In this document: positions 62,571-64,000 of the stretch, one piece after another
Position numbering within the stretch: position 1 is the stretch's first letter
Layout: the number at the start of each line of letters is the position of its first letter
Assembly (NCBI GenBank): GCA_030390025.1
Contig: JASTWF010000332.1
Span: forward strand, 248,001-312,000
Direction of reading: 5' to 3'
DNA: 64,000 nt
Source of the DNA: Squalus acanthias
Taxonomy: Eukaryota
Program-made: the position numbers and the translations under genes
Notes under the pieces: model-generated
Seen by the model: the letters and a program-made list of their open reading frames with translations, nothing else
Told to the model about the DNA's origin: nothing
The model's database searches: none

Positions 62571-64000
62571 TTAGACTAAAATAAAAGGCTCTAAAATAAG
62601 CAGCACATTGATCTGAAATAAGCAAAGTAGTTTAGCTTTGGTACCAAAGCACAACGATGCTTCCAAACTTCCACCCCAACACACTTTGCAACTGCAGTGA
62701 CAAAGCATCGGTGACTATATCCATCTTAGATCTGCTCACTCACTCCTGCCATTGGGATTATTTCGCTTGGTTTAATTTTCAGGTATCCAAGTACACGTGT
62801 CACACGTGCAAATGTCAGGAAAGATTATTTGCAGTTCAAAATTTCCAATGCGCGTCACAGCCACTGACTGTAATCTGTTCATCTCCAACCTCATAAACTT
62901 TCCTACGGCCACAATCCTTGACCTTCCCTGCCTCCTTCTGCAAACAAACAATGCAGTCAGGCAAATACTTACTTTCAACTAAAATAAAAACAGAAAATGC
63001 TGGAGTAGGAGTGATTCACTGGCAAAAGGGGTGATGGTGCAATGCGAAAGTGGGTGATAATGGGACAAGTCAAGAAACAAACTGCTATTAACTCCCAGCA
63101 GGAAGAATGGAAAACGTGGGAGATGAAGCATCACATTACAGCCACTAGGGTGTTTTTAAAAAAAAACACACAACAGGCTCTACCCATGGAAGACAAAGGA
63201 CAAAACAGAAGGGTCAAGGACAAACACCTTCCATTGCAATAAACTGTCTGGAGCAAACACAGTCGGTACGCCAGGGACAACAACAGAATAGAGAGAGGTT
63301 TTAGTTTGCCCAAGAGAGGCTTACAAACAGATAAGAGATGCAGTGCCTAGGTGAGGGGCAGGGGAGGAAGCAAGGCTGAACTCAAGCAAAAGAACAACCG
63401 GTGAACTGCCCACTCGTTCTACCAGGAAATCCTGCCCTAATGCTAAAGCAGCAAGCACCACAGTTTTAATGTAACGTCCAACTTAAAAAAGGAACAACTG
63501 GTCTGAGCACTCGATTCAAGCATTGGCATCTCGGTCACTTAATACTTTCTCACGATTTTTTGTTGTTGCTGATTTGGAATTGTAAAAATTCCCATCGTCT
63601 TTCACTTGGTAAATCATTGTTGAATTTATGCTTCAAGTGCAGCCAGTTACAGTTCAGTACGTGCTGCAATAAATAATTGGGACACACTGAAAAATTATAA
63701 GCATCTCTCACTGGCAGCGTAAACCTCAGGCTGGAATTTATGCTGTATTTGTACAGCACTCCCACACTCAGACCAAACCGCACACTATACTTGCTCAATT
63801 TTTATTCTGCTTTTCTGGTATAATTTTCCCGACATGACAGCGGACATAGCAAGAAACAGAAAAACAAGAGTGGGAACAGTTTACATACTTTGGCTCCTGT
63901 GTCGTCACCAGAGTGGGGAGAAGAATTTTTAATTCTAAGCTCAATATTTCTAACTGTTCACTGTGCTTCTCTCAATCTTCGTTTCTCCTTGCTGCCAATT

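Noticed and set aside
62960..63004. 6-nt micro-exon on the minus strand (TTTTAG|TTGAAA|GTAAGT)
   Set aside because: The acceptor tract comes from a Penelope-like repeat end and there is no host gene context, so this is likely coincidental.

Overview
Repeat-rich vertebrate genomic DNA, very likely from a cartilaginous fish (shark). This assignment rests on the repeat families recognised: HE1-type V-SINEs, SacSINE1-type DeuSINEs, abundant CR1/HER1 and L2 LINE fragments, and short Penelope-like terminal repeats. No host protein-coding exon, rRNA, true tRNA or CRISPR array could be supported, so the window appears intronic or intergenic. All ORFs with recognisable similarity are broken pieces of transposon proteins: CR1 endonuclease/RT, L2 RT, a Gypsy integrase relic and a Harbinger Myb/SANT protein. 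The most interesting features: (1) hammerhead-ribozyme cores carried by Penelope-like fragments nested in other elements; (2) one young V-SINE head carrying two different LINE-derived tails; (3) three SINE/LINE tail partnerships within the window; (4) a Harbinger relic plus several MITE families with visible TIRs and TSDs; (5) a strong minus-strand bias of CR1-mobilised elements; (6) several homeobox-motif-dense unique islands that may be enhancers. I found no clear evidence of a wholly new biological system. Family names come from recall, not from database searches, and boundaries of old repeats are approximate.
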